From IMG/VR virus record IMGVR_UViG_3300043811_000226: a stretch of 64,000 nucleotides of DNA. One strand, given 5' to 3'. Under the pieces are notes generated by a model. It ran no database searches, was not told the DNA's origin, and saw only the letters and a program-made list of their open reading frames with translations. Position 1 is the stretch's first letter. Every line of letters begins with the position of its first letter. The position numbers and the translations under genes were made by a program. The DNA comes from a virus. Positions 20,401 to 28,517 of the stretch are shown here, piece by piece.

Positions 20401-23400
20401 TTTTCAGGCCCTGGTCGAGCTTGGCGCCCTTGACTCCCTTGAGAGCCGCGGTCGCCTTGGGGAGCTCCTTGTTCACGTCGACGCGGTTCAGAAGAAGCTC
20501 GATGCCGGCGCCGCCAGTGACACCGGCGTCGACGCTCGTGACGTGACCGTTCGCCGTAACTCCCTTGTCTCCGTGTACGACCGCCATGAAGTCGTTCTTG
20601 GAGAGGCCCGTCAGAGCACGAATGGGCGTCTCGAAGATGGGGTTGGGCACTGGCTCGGAGAGACGAATGCGTGACCAGCGACGGCCTCCATGGCCTCCTG
20701 TGATCCCCTCGTCGAACAAGCCACCCGGCTTGACTTTCGGGATGCCACTCTTGTCTAGCTTCGAAGAGAGGATGTCGGCGGGGTTGGGCAGCTCTTTCTT
20801 CGCCAGGTTGAGCACGTGCTCGTCTGTCATCGGCGTCAGAACGAAGTCGTTGCCCTTCTTGTCCATGTTCACACCCATGCCGCGAAGCATGTCGGTGAAC
20901 TTCTGGAAGGCGAAGGCGGGCTTCGGCGTGGGCAGAGGAGCACCTGTCTGAATGGCCGCCCAGATCTTGTCGTGGTCACTCGGCCAACGCTTGCTCGGAT
21001 CAGACTGCGGATCGCGCCCCTCCGACTTGTACGTCTGCATCTCGCGGATGTTCGCCTTCGCTCCATGCGCGAGGAGCGCGTAGAGGCCGAGCGTGCCCAT
21101 GGACTGGCCTCCTGTACCGGAACCACCTGTAGGCTGCAGATTCGTATCGTAGTGCTCCTGCGCTCCTCCGCGCAGGTCCATACCGCTTCGTACTGAGAGC
21201 TTCTTCTCGACCTGGTGGGCCAGCTTCAAGTGGTGCTGTGGTCCCACCATCACCTTGCCCAGACTCTGCTTGGTGGCCGGATCGAAAAGCTCCTCGGTGT
21301 CTGAGAGACCGTGCGCTTTGAGCGCGGCGCGCACCTCCGCCAAGCTGTCGACGTTCGGTGCGAAGTTGCGGACGATGTAGGGCTTATGTGTCTTCTCTGC
21401 AATCTTGCCGGCCGCCGTCTCGAGCAGCTGGCCAACGTTCATGCGCCCCGGCACGCCGCTAGGATTGAGCGCCACTTCGACGTGCTTGCCGTCCTTGGTG
21501 TGCGGCATCTCCTGGTCAGGCAGGATCATCGTGACGATGCCCTTGTTGCCGTAGCGCCCGGCCATCTTGTCGCCGACCTGCATCGGCTCGACCGTACGTA
21601 CATGCACGGACAGGCCGTCTTTGCCTTTGTGCACCCCAACGACCTCACCCTCGAAGTCGCTGTCCCAGAGAAGACTCTTGTTCGTGTGCCCTCCGCTCAT
21701 GCTCTTGCGGATGGCAGCGAGGCCGGTCCTGTCTTTCAGGTTGTACGGCTTCATCGCCGCGATGAGCGGGTCGCCAGGCTTGACCTTGGTGCCCACTTTT
21801 ATGACGCCATCGTCGTCGAGGCGTGCGTACTGCTCCTTGCTAAAGAGACCTGGATGCTCGAGGTGGAACTTCTTCTTGCTCAGCACCAGGTCCGAATCGA
21901 GCGGCAGCGAGTGCTTCTGCAAGTGCTCGCTCGAGAGCTTCTCGGCAGCACTCTCTGAAATGACGATGCCGTCCTCGAAGTTGTATCCCTTGAAGGGAAT
22001 GTACGCGGTGCGCAAGTTGGTACCAAGCGCGAGGTCGCCGTTCTTCGAGTAGTTCGTGTCCGCGATGATCTGCCCCGCCTTCACCGAGTCTCCGGCTTTC
22101 ACGAGAGTCGTCGAGTGCATGACCCCCTTCGCATCATTGAGCGGGTAGTTGTTGTAGAGCTGCACCTCGTGCTTCTGTCCGCCCTTGTCCTCGAGGATGA
22201 TGGCGTCCTTCTTCACGTCGAGGACCTTGCCGTCGACAAGGGACGCATGTGACGACTGCCGCCCCATCATCCCTTCGAACGTCGGCGAAGACTTCATCCC
22301 CGTTCCCACCTGCACGAGTGGTGCTTGCCGATGTACGAGGGAGACGGCTTGCTCCATCTGACGACTGGCCATCGAAGCCCGCCCGCCGCTCGTGTTGCCG
22401 AGGAAAGGGATGAGGTTCGACGTCGGGTTGAACAGCTGCCATGCGTGCGGCATCACGTAAGTGGCATCCTCGAACTTGCCGTCTCGGATCTCGTTTCCGG
22501 GCGTGCTCATTCGAACGGTCTTGGCGATGGGCTTCGGCTTGCCGCCCTCCCAGGTCACTTGATCAGGAAGAACAACACTCGCGTGCATAAACTTCGTGGG
22601 CGAGACGAGCTCCGTCTCGCCTGTGCGAAGGTTGTGCAGACGAATCTTGACCTCGTGTCCCTCCTTCTTGATCCCGATGGGCATGCGCAGCGTGACGCCC
22701 GTCTTCTCCCCTTCCGGTGTATTGATGGGATCGAGGAACCCGAGATGGCTCGGGTCGACGAACTTGGCGTTGTAGGTGATGGAGCGCTCGTTCTTGATGC
22801 CGCCCGTCCCCATCACGGTCGTCTGCAGCGCCGACGAGATCATTTCGACGGGGTTGTACTGAGACGGTACGCGCGCAGAGCTGTTCTTGTGGAAGGACTC
22901 CTTGAGCGGCCGGTTGAACAAGTCGAACTTGATGACGTCTCGGATGTCCTTGGCGGTGTTGATCTTGCGCGACGTCTTCTCCTGGATGTTGCGGTTGGCG
23001 TAGCGAAGGGCGTCGTTGGCGTAGTCGCCCACCGTACGCAGATCCTTGAAGACGAGTGAGTCGCGGTCGTCCTCAGGATGTCCAGCGTGCACCTTCAGTA
23101 ACTTCTGCGTCGCGAGGCGCAGCGCTTCACCCGTCACGTTGGTGAACGGCTTGCCGACCGTGACTTCGGTCGCGTCAGGACGAAGCGTCGACGCGGACAT
23201 CCGGTCGTAGAAATGCGTCGCTGCAGTCTCTCGATCCGGAGCTGCGGTCTTCTTGGTCGTTCGGTAGAAAGAATCGAGCACGCCGGACGCACCACGCGCG
23301 TTCTTGTTCGCCTCGAGCACTTCTTTGCCCCAGGCCTTCTCGAGGTCGTGGTCCTCCACCCCCATCGTCTTGAGCAGGTGGTAGAGCGGCATGTGCGTCT

Positions 23401-23899
23401 TGCTCGGCTCGTACTGCATCGAGAAGACCTTGCTCGCAGGATCGAGCAAGAGGTCGAACTGGCGCACACCCTTGGCAGTCGCACTGCCGGTCACGTTGAA
23501 GTGGCTCTCGAGCTCACCGCTCGCGCGCCGGCGCGTGTAGATGCCAGGCTTGAGCTGCCACTGGTTGTCGACCTGGTACTCCTGCCCGTTGATGATGTAC
23601 GAGTAGCGTCCCGTGATCTTCGGGATGTCCACGAGGCGGATGCGTCGCTGGTCGACGACCTTACCGCTGGCGTTGTCTTTGAGCGTGAGGTGCGCGTAGA
23701 CGGGTACGGCCCACGTATCCCCGCTCACTTTCGCCGCGTGCTGGCTGCGGATGTCGTCAGGGTGCTTGTCGTCCTTCACCTCAATCTTGTCGAGGTGAAC
23801 AGTCTGCAACTTTCCCTTGAGGGGGAACTGTCCTGAGATGCCTTCCAGGACGCGTCCTTGAAGTTGCTCGGACGCTTCCTGCAGGTCGAGGTAGGCCAT
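17456..23899 (-). CDS. rpoBC: DNA-directed RNA polymerase, beta and beta' fused in one ~2147-aa chain
   Basis: Beta motifs TPEGEKTG, GYNFEDGI, GDKMAGRYGNKG, LNPSGVPGRMNVGQ and GGQSMG. Beta' motifs LPVLPP.MRP, RDPALH, FNADFDGD (19673-19693), HGARRG and trigger loop QLTLKSFH. Start moved to MAYLDL. Confidence 0.95.
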   Translation of the reverse strand: MAYLDLQEASEQLQGRVLEGISGQFPLKGKLQTVHLDKIEVKDDKHPDDIRSQHAAKVSGDTWAVPVYAHLTLKDNASGKVVDQRRIRLVDIPKITGRYSYIINGQEYQVDNQWQLKPGIYTRRRASGELESHFNVTGSATAKGVRQFDLLLDPASKVFSMQYEPSKTHMPLYHLLKTMGVEDHDLEKAWGKEVLEANKNARGASGVLDSFYRTTKKTAAPDRETAATHFYDRMSASTLRPDATEVTVGKPFTNVTGEALRLATQKLLKVHAGHPEDDRDSLVFKDLRTVGDYANDALRYANRNIQEKTSRKINTAKDIRDVIKFDLFNRPLKESFHKNSSARVPSQYNPVEMISSALQTTVMGTGGIKNERSITYNAKFVDPSHLGFLDPINTPEGEKTGVTLRMPIGIKKEGHEVKIRLHNLRTGETELVSPTKFMHASVVLPDQVTWEGGKPKPIAKTVRMSTPGNEIRDGKFEDATYVMPHAWQLFNPTSNLIPFLGNTSGGRASMASRQMEQAVSLVHRQAPLVQVGTGMKSSPTFEGMMGRQSSHASLVDGKVLDVKKDAIILEDKGGQKHEVQLYNNYPLNDAKGVMHSTTLVKAGDSVKAGQIIADTNYSKNGDLALGTNLRTAYIPFKGYNFEDGIVISESAAEKLSSEHLQKHSLPLDSDLVLSKKKFHLEHPGLFSKEQYARLDDDGVIKVGTKVKPGDPLIAAMKPYNLKDRTGLAAIRKSMSGGHTNKSLLWDSDFEGEVVGVHKGKDGLSVHVRTVEPMQVGDKMAGRYGNKGIVTMILPDQEMPHTKDGKHVEVALNPSGVPGRMNVGQLLETAAGKIAEKTHKPYIVRNFAPNVDSLAEVRAALKAHGLSDTEELFDPATKQSLGKVMVGPQHHLKLAHQVEKKLSVRSGMDLRGGAQEHYDTNLQPTGGSGTGGQSMGTLGLYALLAHGAKANIREMQTYKSEGRDPQSDPSKRWPSDHDKIWAAIQTGAPLPTPKPAFAFQKFTDMLRGMGVNMDKKGNDFVLTPMTDEHVLNLAKKELPNPADILSSKLDKSGIPKVKPGGLFDEGITGGHGGRRWSRIRLSEPVPNPIFETPIRALTGLSKNDFMAVVHGDKGVTANGHVTSVDAGVTGGAGIELLLNRVDVNKELPKATAALKGVKGAKLDQGLKKVKYLRALSQTGMKPSEAYVLHQLPVLPPIMRPVSMLPDGNVRFHDINSLYSDFAKVNDKLKDPVLSKNLTDEGKKDLRRDYYDGVKAIMGFGTYAEVPHKGLLHEITGSSPKHGFFQDVLINRRQDLTMRSTIVPEPALGLDEVGIPRHAALDLYRPFVVRELKEMGAIQNEMQGPAALAKKTPQVWRALDRVMDKRPLLLKRDPALHKYSVQAFKARPVEGSAIKIHPLVTGGFNADFDGDTMSAFVPITREALEEAHKMFPSNNLFSEASGKVMYQPTLESALGLYKLSLVGKDTGKKFDHPGSILDAVRSGSLHVNDVVHLGGKKTTAGRVLLSSALPADMQTHTLHNLDYRINKGGLDTLLTQVAKEHAPQYGEAVNKLKDLGNGAAFGVVDIPQPTSAGHKLLFKTLDKTPVAIKEKSVFVPMGAHTLSLADFTPDTQVRDHVLAPVMKQVDVIEHNSRLSQAEKDQQALVLYKKADKEMRALHEKKQDKDPTNLFTMYRAGVKPGWDNYKQMVIAPMIYKDSNDKEIATPVTRSYSEGLDLGGYWTQMHGARRGAVMKVQEVSEPGYMSKRLMNNMMHMLVDEHDCGTSKGIALDINEPDIHDRYLQQDFSHGKLHIPAGTLLTPDLVSKVKAAKPNGTLLVRSPLKCESEKGICQKCMGLSAGGQHHDLGTNVGVHSAHAVGERAMQLTLKSFHMGGVGEQHGSKLLSSFSRFKQLMELHDELPNEASLAMVSGTIDKVQPTATGVDVFVNNRRHHVGKDDSGLPLHKNLPNAEALVGYKAWKPPAVGMHVTAGDHLSDPNRTFANPHRIYEATGSMEKVQNHLSNEIYGLYKETDIKRRAVETVVKAMSNLTRVVDPGGHPDVLPGEYRPLTSVNKRNKELAAQGLTPIEHTPVLKGITALPLEMQEDWMAKLQHEKLRATLLDAAATAGVSHLHGTHPVPGVAFGAEFGLTKKDSLVPGREHLKAVPSHHY

Positions 23900-23972
23900 C
23901 GGGTGCGCCCTAAGGGAGGCACGTGCAGCGTACCGCGCAGGCGCAAACGCGTGCAAGGCTGTCGCGCCGAAG

Positions 23973-23980
23973 GGCATAAG
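23973..23980 (+). promoter_or_regulatory. GGCATAAG candidate promoter element
   Basis: 38 nt before ATG 24019; the motif recurs at three other operon starts. Confidence 0.55.
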
Positions 23981-24018
23981 AATTGTGAAGGTGCACGTTC
24001 ACTTCTCGAGGAGAAACG

Positions 24019-24150
24019 ATGGGACCAAAGACGAACGACAACTCGGGAGCGCGCTTCGAAGAGGAGATCGACACGCTGTTTGTACCGCCACAAGAAGAGG
24101 AAGACGAGCAAGGAGAAGACGAGCAGGGGGATAAGAAGCTCGGTGACTAA
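24019..24150 (+). CDS. 43-aa acidic microprotein (not in ORF track)
   Basis: GAGGAG SD; MGPKTNDNSGARFEEEIDTLFVPPQEEEDEQGEDEQGDKKLGD. Confidence 0.65.
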   Translation: MGPKTNDNSGARFEEEIDTLFVPPQEEEDEQGEDEQGDKKLGD

Positions 24151-24252
24151 GTGAGGAAGACGTTCTTCTGGTTTGTGGTCGCGGGCATCTTCAACGGCCT
24201 GCTCCTCTGGGCACGAGAGCACCTCAAAAAGGAGGAAGAAGGGCAGCGATGA
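24151..24252 (+). CDS. 33-aa single-TM microprotein (not in ORF track)
   Basis: GTG directly after the upstream TAA; MRKTFFWFVVAGIFNGLLLWAREHLKKEEEGQR; ATGA overlap with the next gene. Confidence 0.55.
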   Translation: MRKTFFWFVVAGIFNGLLLWAREHLKKEEEGQR

Positions 24253-24833
24253 TCATCAACGTGTTCAGGGACCGGCCCTTGGTCATCCCAGGGACGCGCC
24301 TTTGTGAAGCAACCTTCGGCATCGTCGGAGCACGCATACCCGACCCGCACAACATGCAACGCATCTGGGAAGTGCAGAGCGTGTTCGCCCCTCTCGAAGG
24401 CAGGGCACTGAACGGAGTGAGGACGAAGCTCATCGACCAGAAGGGCTTCGTTGGCTTCTGTAACCAGCGCGACTTGGAAGTGCTGCTCGGTATGGCGCTG
24501 CCAGGAACCTACTGTCCATGGGCTGAAGAAGAGTACGTAGGTCCGGAGGACGAAGGATGGTTCGGTCTCTGCTGCGACGATGAAGACTTGCTCGACGACT
24601 TGTACGAGCGAGAGATGCTGCTCCGCGCACAGGTGCCCGGCGGCGTCATCACCACCGATTACGACATCGAACGTCGTGTGCACCTCGACAAGAACGACGA
24701 CCATGAAGAACTGTTCGTTCTGCTAGGTGACTACGACATGGAGACAGGGATGTTCCCCGACCAGCGCTTCGAAACGCTCGAGCGAAGATGGATTCGCTCG
24801 GAGAGAAGAAGGGTGCGATGGAACCGAATCTAG
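24249..24833 (+). CDS. Hypothetical acidic protein
   Basis: 194 aa, GGAGG upstream, coupled. Confidence 0.7.
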   Translation: MIINVFRDRPLVIPGTRLCEATFGIVGARIPDPHNMQRIWEVQSVFAPLEGRALNGVRTKLIDQKGFVGFCNQRDLEVLLGMALPGTYCPWAEEEYVGPEDEGWFGLCCDDEDLLDDLYEREMLLRAQVPGGVITTDYDIERRVHLDKNDDHEELFVLLGDYDMETGMFPDQRFETLERRWIRSERRRVRWNRI

Positions 24834-25414
24834 TGGCTGAGCTGACTATGCAGCCCTCCGGCCAGGTCTGTGCGGACTGCGGCGAAAACATCCGCTACAC
24901 AGAAGAAGCGTGGCTGGTGCAGGTCGTTCAGCTGCAGAAGGTCGGCGACCAGCTTCAGTACACGCCAGTCATCGATGAAACAGACCCAGCGCGCGACTTC
25001 CTGTTCTCACCGTACTTCTTCTGCTTCAACTGCTGGGAGAACAGCTACGAAGATCTAAAGGACGAGCTGGAAGACCAGCCGCCCAACGAAGACCCCCACA
25101 GCATCGCTGAGTGCACCTGCTGCGGTAGCAGCATTCGGGCTGGTGAGTACACAGGGCTCTTCATGGTCGGAGAGTTCCACTTGTCGCGTAGGTCGCCGAA
25201 CGGCGTGTCGGGAGGGACCTTCCAACCAAACGCTGCGCCTGAGGCGCTCTGCTTCTACTGCCTCTACATCCTCAACGACAACTTCATCGAGATGTGGGAC
25301 GAAGTCTCGCAATTCGGTGAGTGCGCAGACTGCATCTTCGTTCGCTGCTGGAGAGGTGCTTCCTGCTCCTGCGGCTGCCATACACCTGCACTCGAGACCA
25401 CGGAGACAACCTGA
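24818..25414 (+). CDS. Acidic Cys-rich multi-zinc-finger protein
   Basis: CADC, CFNC, CTCC, CFYC and CADC..C..C.CGCH; start moved to MEPNLV. Confidence 0.65.
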   Translation: MEPNLVAELTMQPSGQVCADCGENIRYTEEAWLVQVVQLQKVGDQLQYTPVIDETDPARDFLFSPYFFCFNCWENSYEDLKDELEDQPPNEDPHSIAECTCCGSSIRAGEYTGLFMVGEFHLSRRSPNGVSGGTFQPNAAPEALCFYCLYILNDNFIEMWDEVSQFGECADCIFVRCWRGASCSCGCHTPALETTETT

Positions 25415-26598
25415 TGGCGACCAACCCTGAGAACCTGCTGACCATTGCTTTGCTCACGCCGCAAGACGACCCGCGCGACCCTGTCTGCCGATGGGGAGGT
25501 CCAGTCCTTCTCTGGGGGCCGCCGGGCATCGGCAAGTCAGGCATCATCGAGCAGACCGGCGAAGGCCTCGACCTGTCTGTCGAGACGCTTTACCTCTCAA
25601 CCCTGCAACCGGAGGACATCTCAGGCATTCCGATGCCAGACGCTAAGTTCGGTGCGAGGCGCGTGTGCGACCTGCCGCAGATCCAAGGTCTCTACGAAGC
25701 AGGTCGAGGCATTCTCTTTCTCGACGAGCTCACTACAGCGCGTCCCGCAGTCCAGGGAGCAGGTCTCGGCATCGTCTACAACCGCAAGATCGCCGGCAAG
25801 CACCTACCTCCTGGTGTCAGGGTCGTCGGTGCTGCCAACAAGGCCGAAGACGCCGCCGGCGGCTGGAACTTGGCTGCCCCCATGGCCAACCGCCTGCTTC
25901 ACTTCGACCTAACCGCACCGTCTCCCGAGAAGTGGGCCTCCTGGTTGCTCACAGGTCCCAACGAGATGCCCATCTCCATCACCGCAGGCGAGGAGATGGT
26001 ACGAGAACAATGGGGCAGCATCTGGCCCAAGTACCAGGGTCTCGGTGCAGGCTTCGTCAAGAGCAACGGTGCCAAACTCTACGCCATGCCGGCAGCGGGT
26101 CACAAGGACCGAGGGCGTGCATGGGCGTCTCCGCGCAGCTGGGTTAGTGCACTTCGTTGCATGGCCACTGCTGAAGCGCTCGACATGAAGGAGTACGCGC
26201 TCGACATGCTCACCGGCGCAGTGGGTGACGGTCCTGGAGCGGAGTGGGCAGAGTGGGTCGCGAAAGCGAACCTGCCAGACCCGAAGGACATCCTCGAGAA
26301 CGGCTGGCACCCGGATCGATCTCGGCTCGATGTCGCGTTCGCTGCCTACTCGTCGGCCATCGGATGGGCCTTGTGCAAGGTCGACAAGGCCGAACAGGAG
26401 AAGTACGCCGTCATGGCCTGGGACCTCATCGCGATGGCCATCAAGGACCGCGTGGCCGACATCGTGCTGCCCTGCGGCGCGTCGCTGATGCGCGCCGGGT
26501 ACACCACCAAGAAAGGCGGTGCCATCGCCAAGGCTGCCATGGGTCCCACAGTGCACTTTGGCGAGACGAACCTCGCCAACTACGTGAGTAAGAGATGA
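25414..26598 (+). CDS. MoxR-like AAA+ ATPase
   Basis: Walker A GPPGIGKS, Walker B LFLDE, sensor GAAN, APMANR; ATG overlaps the upstream TGA. Confidence 0.85.
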   Translation: MATNPENLLTIALLTPQDDPRDPVCRWGGPVLLWGPPGIGKSGIIEQTGEGLDLSVETLYLSTLQPEDISGIPMPDAKFGARRVCDLPQIQGLYEAGRGILFLDELTTARPAVQGAGLGIVYNRKIAGKHLPPGVRVVGAANKAEDAAGGWNLAAPMANRLLHFDLTAPSPEKWASWLLTGPNEMPISITAGEEMVREQWGSIWPKYQGLGAGFVKSNGAKLYAMPAAGHKDRGRAWASPRSWVSALRCMATAEALDMKEYALDMLTGAVGDGPGAEWAEWVAKANLPDPKDILENGWHPDRSRLDVAFAAYSSAIGWALCKVDKAEQEKYAVMAWDLIAMAIKDRVADIVLPCGASLMRAGYTTKKGGAIAKAAMGPTVHFGETNLANYVSKR

Positions 26599-27977
26599 CG
26601 ACGCACGAAGAGAAGATCGAACTGGCGAGGGCGTGCGCAGTCTTCGGTGCGCCCTACTTCGCAAGCGTCATCTACGGGTTCATCTACACACCCGTGGAAG
26701 GCGCGCGAACCATGTTCTGCACACCGAGAATGATCCTCGGCTACGACCCAGAATGGGCCATGGAGGGTACGGTTGAAGAGCTGGCCGCGGACATCGTGCA
26801 CGAAGTCCACCACTTCCGACGAGAGCACTTCGTACGCGGCGCGCTCGTAGAAGACAAGAAGCTCTTCAACCTCGCCGGCGACCTCGCCATCAACCCGGAC
26901 CTGAAAGCGGGGGGGTGGAAGCTCGCTACTACAAAACGACCCGCTGTCTTTCCGGAACACTACGGTTTGCCTCCAGGGCTGACAACCGAGCAGTACTACG
27001 AGCTGCTCTTGCAGCAGAAGCACAAGACGGGTCAGCGTCCGAAGCCGAAGAACGCGCAACCAAAGGACGGCAAAGGTCCACCGCAGCCGAACGCGGGAGG
27101 AGGCGAGGAACAAGACGAGTCCGAAGAAGCGCAGGAGGGCATCTGTCAGGGCAGCTGCGGAGGCATTGCAGGCAACCCCAGTAGTTCTGGACTCGAGGCG
27201 AAGCTCGATGCACAGAAGAACGTCGGCCGAAGCGAAGCCGAGATCAAGGGCATCGAAAAGAAGCTGGCGAATGACATCAAGGAGTTCGCGGCCAAGAACG
27301 GCCGCGGCTCCGTTCCCAGCTCCCTTCTCGACTGGGCCACCACCTTCGAGACGGAGTCTTACGTCCGCTGGCAAGACGAGCTTGCGCAGGTCCTTCGCGA
27401 CAACACGGGGCGCATCCAGTCCGGCGGCGATGACTTCTCGCTGCAGAGGCCTGCGAAGCGGTCCATCATGCGAGGTATGCCGCGGCCAGGTCTTGTAGAA
27501 CACCTGCCGGAGGTGGCCATCCTTCGCGACAGCTCCGGGTCGATGGGCTCCAAACAGCTAACGGATGCCTGCCGTGAGGCGTACTACGTCATGGAAGCAC
27601 TCGGCATCGACGAGGTCTGGTTCGCCGATGCTGACACGGCCATCTCCGTTCCTTGGAAGCGTGTAGGCGCGCAGTTCTTCAAGGAGCTGACGGAAGTGTA
27701 TGGGCGCGGCGGCACCGACTTCCGCCAACCCATAGAGAGCGCGCTCGCACTCAACCCACACCCGGACATCATCGTGTACACCACTGATGGAGATGGTTCG
27801 GTCGCGCGCATGCCGCCCCCTGACGCCGCTGTCATCTGGTGCATCGTACCAAGCCACTACAACAAGGCACCCGCACGCTGGGGCCACACAGTTATCATCA
27901 GCGACGACCCGAAGAAGAGGAACGCGCCCATCCAGTACGCCGGCGAAATAGAGGAGACAGAGGAGGATGACGACTAG
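26595..27977 (+). CDS. HEXXH metallopeptidase-like + VWA protein (DUF2201-type)
   Basis: HEVHH, NLAGDLAIN, MIDAS DSSGS, GGTDF, TTDG. Confidence 0.85.
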   Translation: MTTHEEKIELARACAVFGAPYFASVIYGFIYTPVEGARTMFCTPRMILGYDPEWAMEGTVEELAADIVHEVHHFRREHFVRGALVEDKKLFNLAGDLAINPDLKAGGWKLATTKRPAVFPEHYGLPPGLTTEQYYELLLQQKHKTGQRPKPKNAQPKDGKGPPQPNAGGGEEQDESEEAQEGICQGSCGGIAGNPSSSGLEAKLDAQKNVGRSEAEIKGIEKKLANDIKEFAAKNGRGSVPSSLLDWATTFETESYVRWQDELAQVLRDNTGRIQSGGDDFSLQRPAKRSIMRGMPRPGLVEHLPEVAILRDSSGSMGSKQLTDACREAYYVMEALGIDEVWFADADTAISVPWKRVGAQFFKELTEVYGRGGTDFRQPIESALALNPHPDIIVYTTDGDGSVARMPPPDAAVIWCIVPSHYNKAPARWGHTVIISDDPKKRNAPIQYAGEIEETEEDDD

Positions 27978-28203
27978 CGGAGACGGCCCCGCTCAACCGA
28001 AATTCACCGAGGGTCAACTGCTCGTGGTCGGGCGACTGCTTGTAGGGGGACAGAAAGAGAAGGTACTCGAGTACCTCTACAAGCACTACGGCATCCTGAT
28101 CACGTGCGAGATTCACGACAGCGCTACAATCGAGGTTCCGACGTCAGTCACGGCCACGGACGCAAGCGTCATCGTGACGGAGCTGCAGGCTCTGTTCGGA
28201 TAG
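27967..28203 (+). CDS. Hypothetical protein
   Basis: 78 aa; last gene before the terminator. Confidence 0.6.
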   Translation: MTTSGDGPAQPKFTEGQLLVVGRLLVGGQKEKVLEYLYKHYGILITCEIHDSATIEVPTSVTATDASVIVTELQALFG

Positions 28204-28242
28204 AAAGAAGTAGCCGGCCCGAAAGGGCTGGCCTTCTTTCTA
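28201..28242. terminator. Bidirectional intrinsic terminator
   Basis: TAGAAAGAAG-TA-GCCGGCCC-GAAA-GGGCTGGC-CTTCTTTCTA between convergent operons. Confidence 0.8.
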
Positions 28243-28253
28243 GCTTCTGCTTG

Positions 28254-28517
28254 CTAAGCGACCTGCTGCTTTCGCACCTCGCCATGCGCCAGGCAGCTCG
28301 CAGCAACTGTGCGAGCGCGCGCAGCCAAAGCAGGCTCGCCACACCTGCGTGCCTGTCGCAGTTGAACAACAGCCAGGGCACCAATAGTCGTGCGATCAGC
28401 AGCGCATACAGCAGTGGCTTCTGCGTGCTCGAGGCTGCTTATGCTCTGACGTAACACTTCTCGAAGGTTGGGCATGAAGCTGCCCAAGAGCACGAGACGT
28501 GCCCATGCAAGAATCAA
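28254..28517 (-). CDS. Possible small protein after the portal gene
   Basis: Fills the gap between the portal stop and the terminator; TTG start overlapping the portal stop, no SD. Confidence 0.3.
   Translation of the reverse strand: MILAWARLVLLGSFMPNLREVLRQSISSLEHAEATAVCAADRTTIGALAVVQLRQARRCGEPALAARARTVAASCLAHGEVRKQQVA

Noticed and set aside
17456-23899. Host chromosomal rpoBC
   Set aside because: No ribosomal-protein neighbours; flanked by spike and phage genes; strongly diverged motifs.
28204-28513. tRNA/ncRNA in the larger intergenic gaps
   Set aside because: No cloverleaf, T-loop or CCA pattern recognised here or at 38784-38967; a covariance-model scan was not possible.
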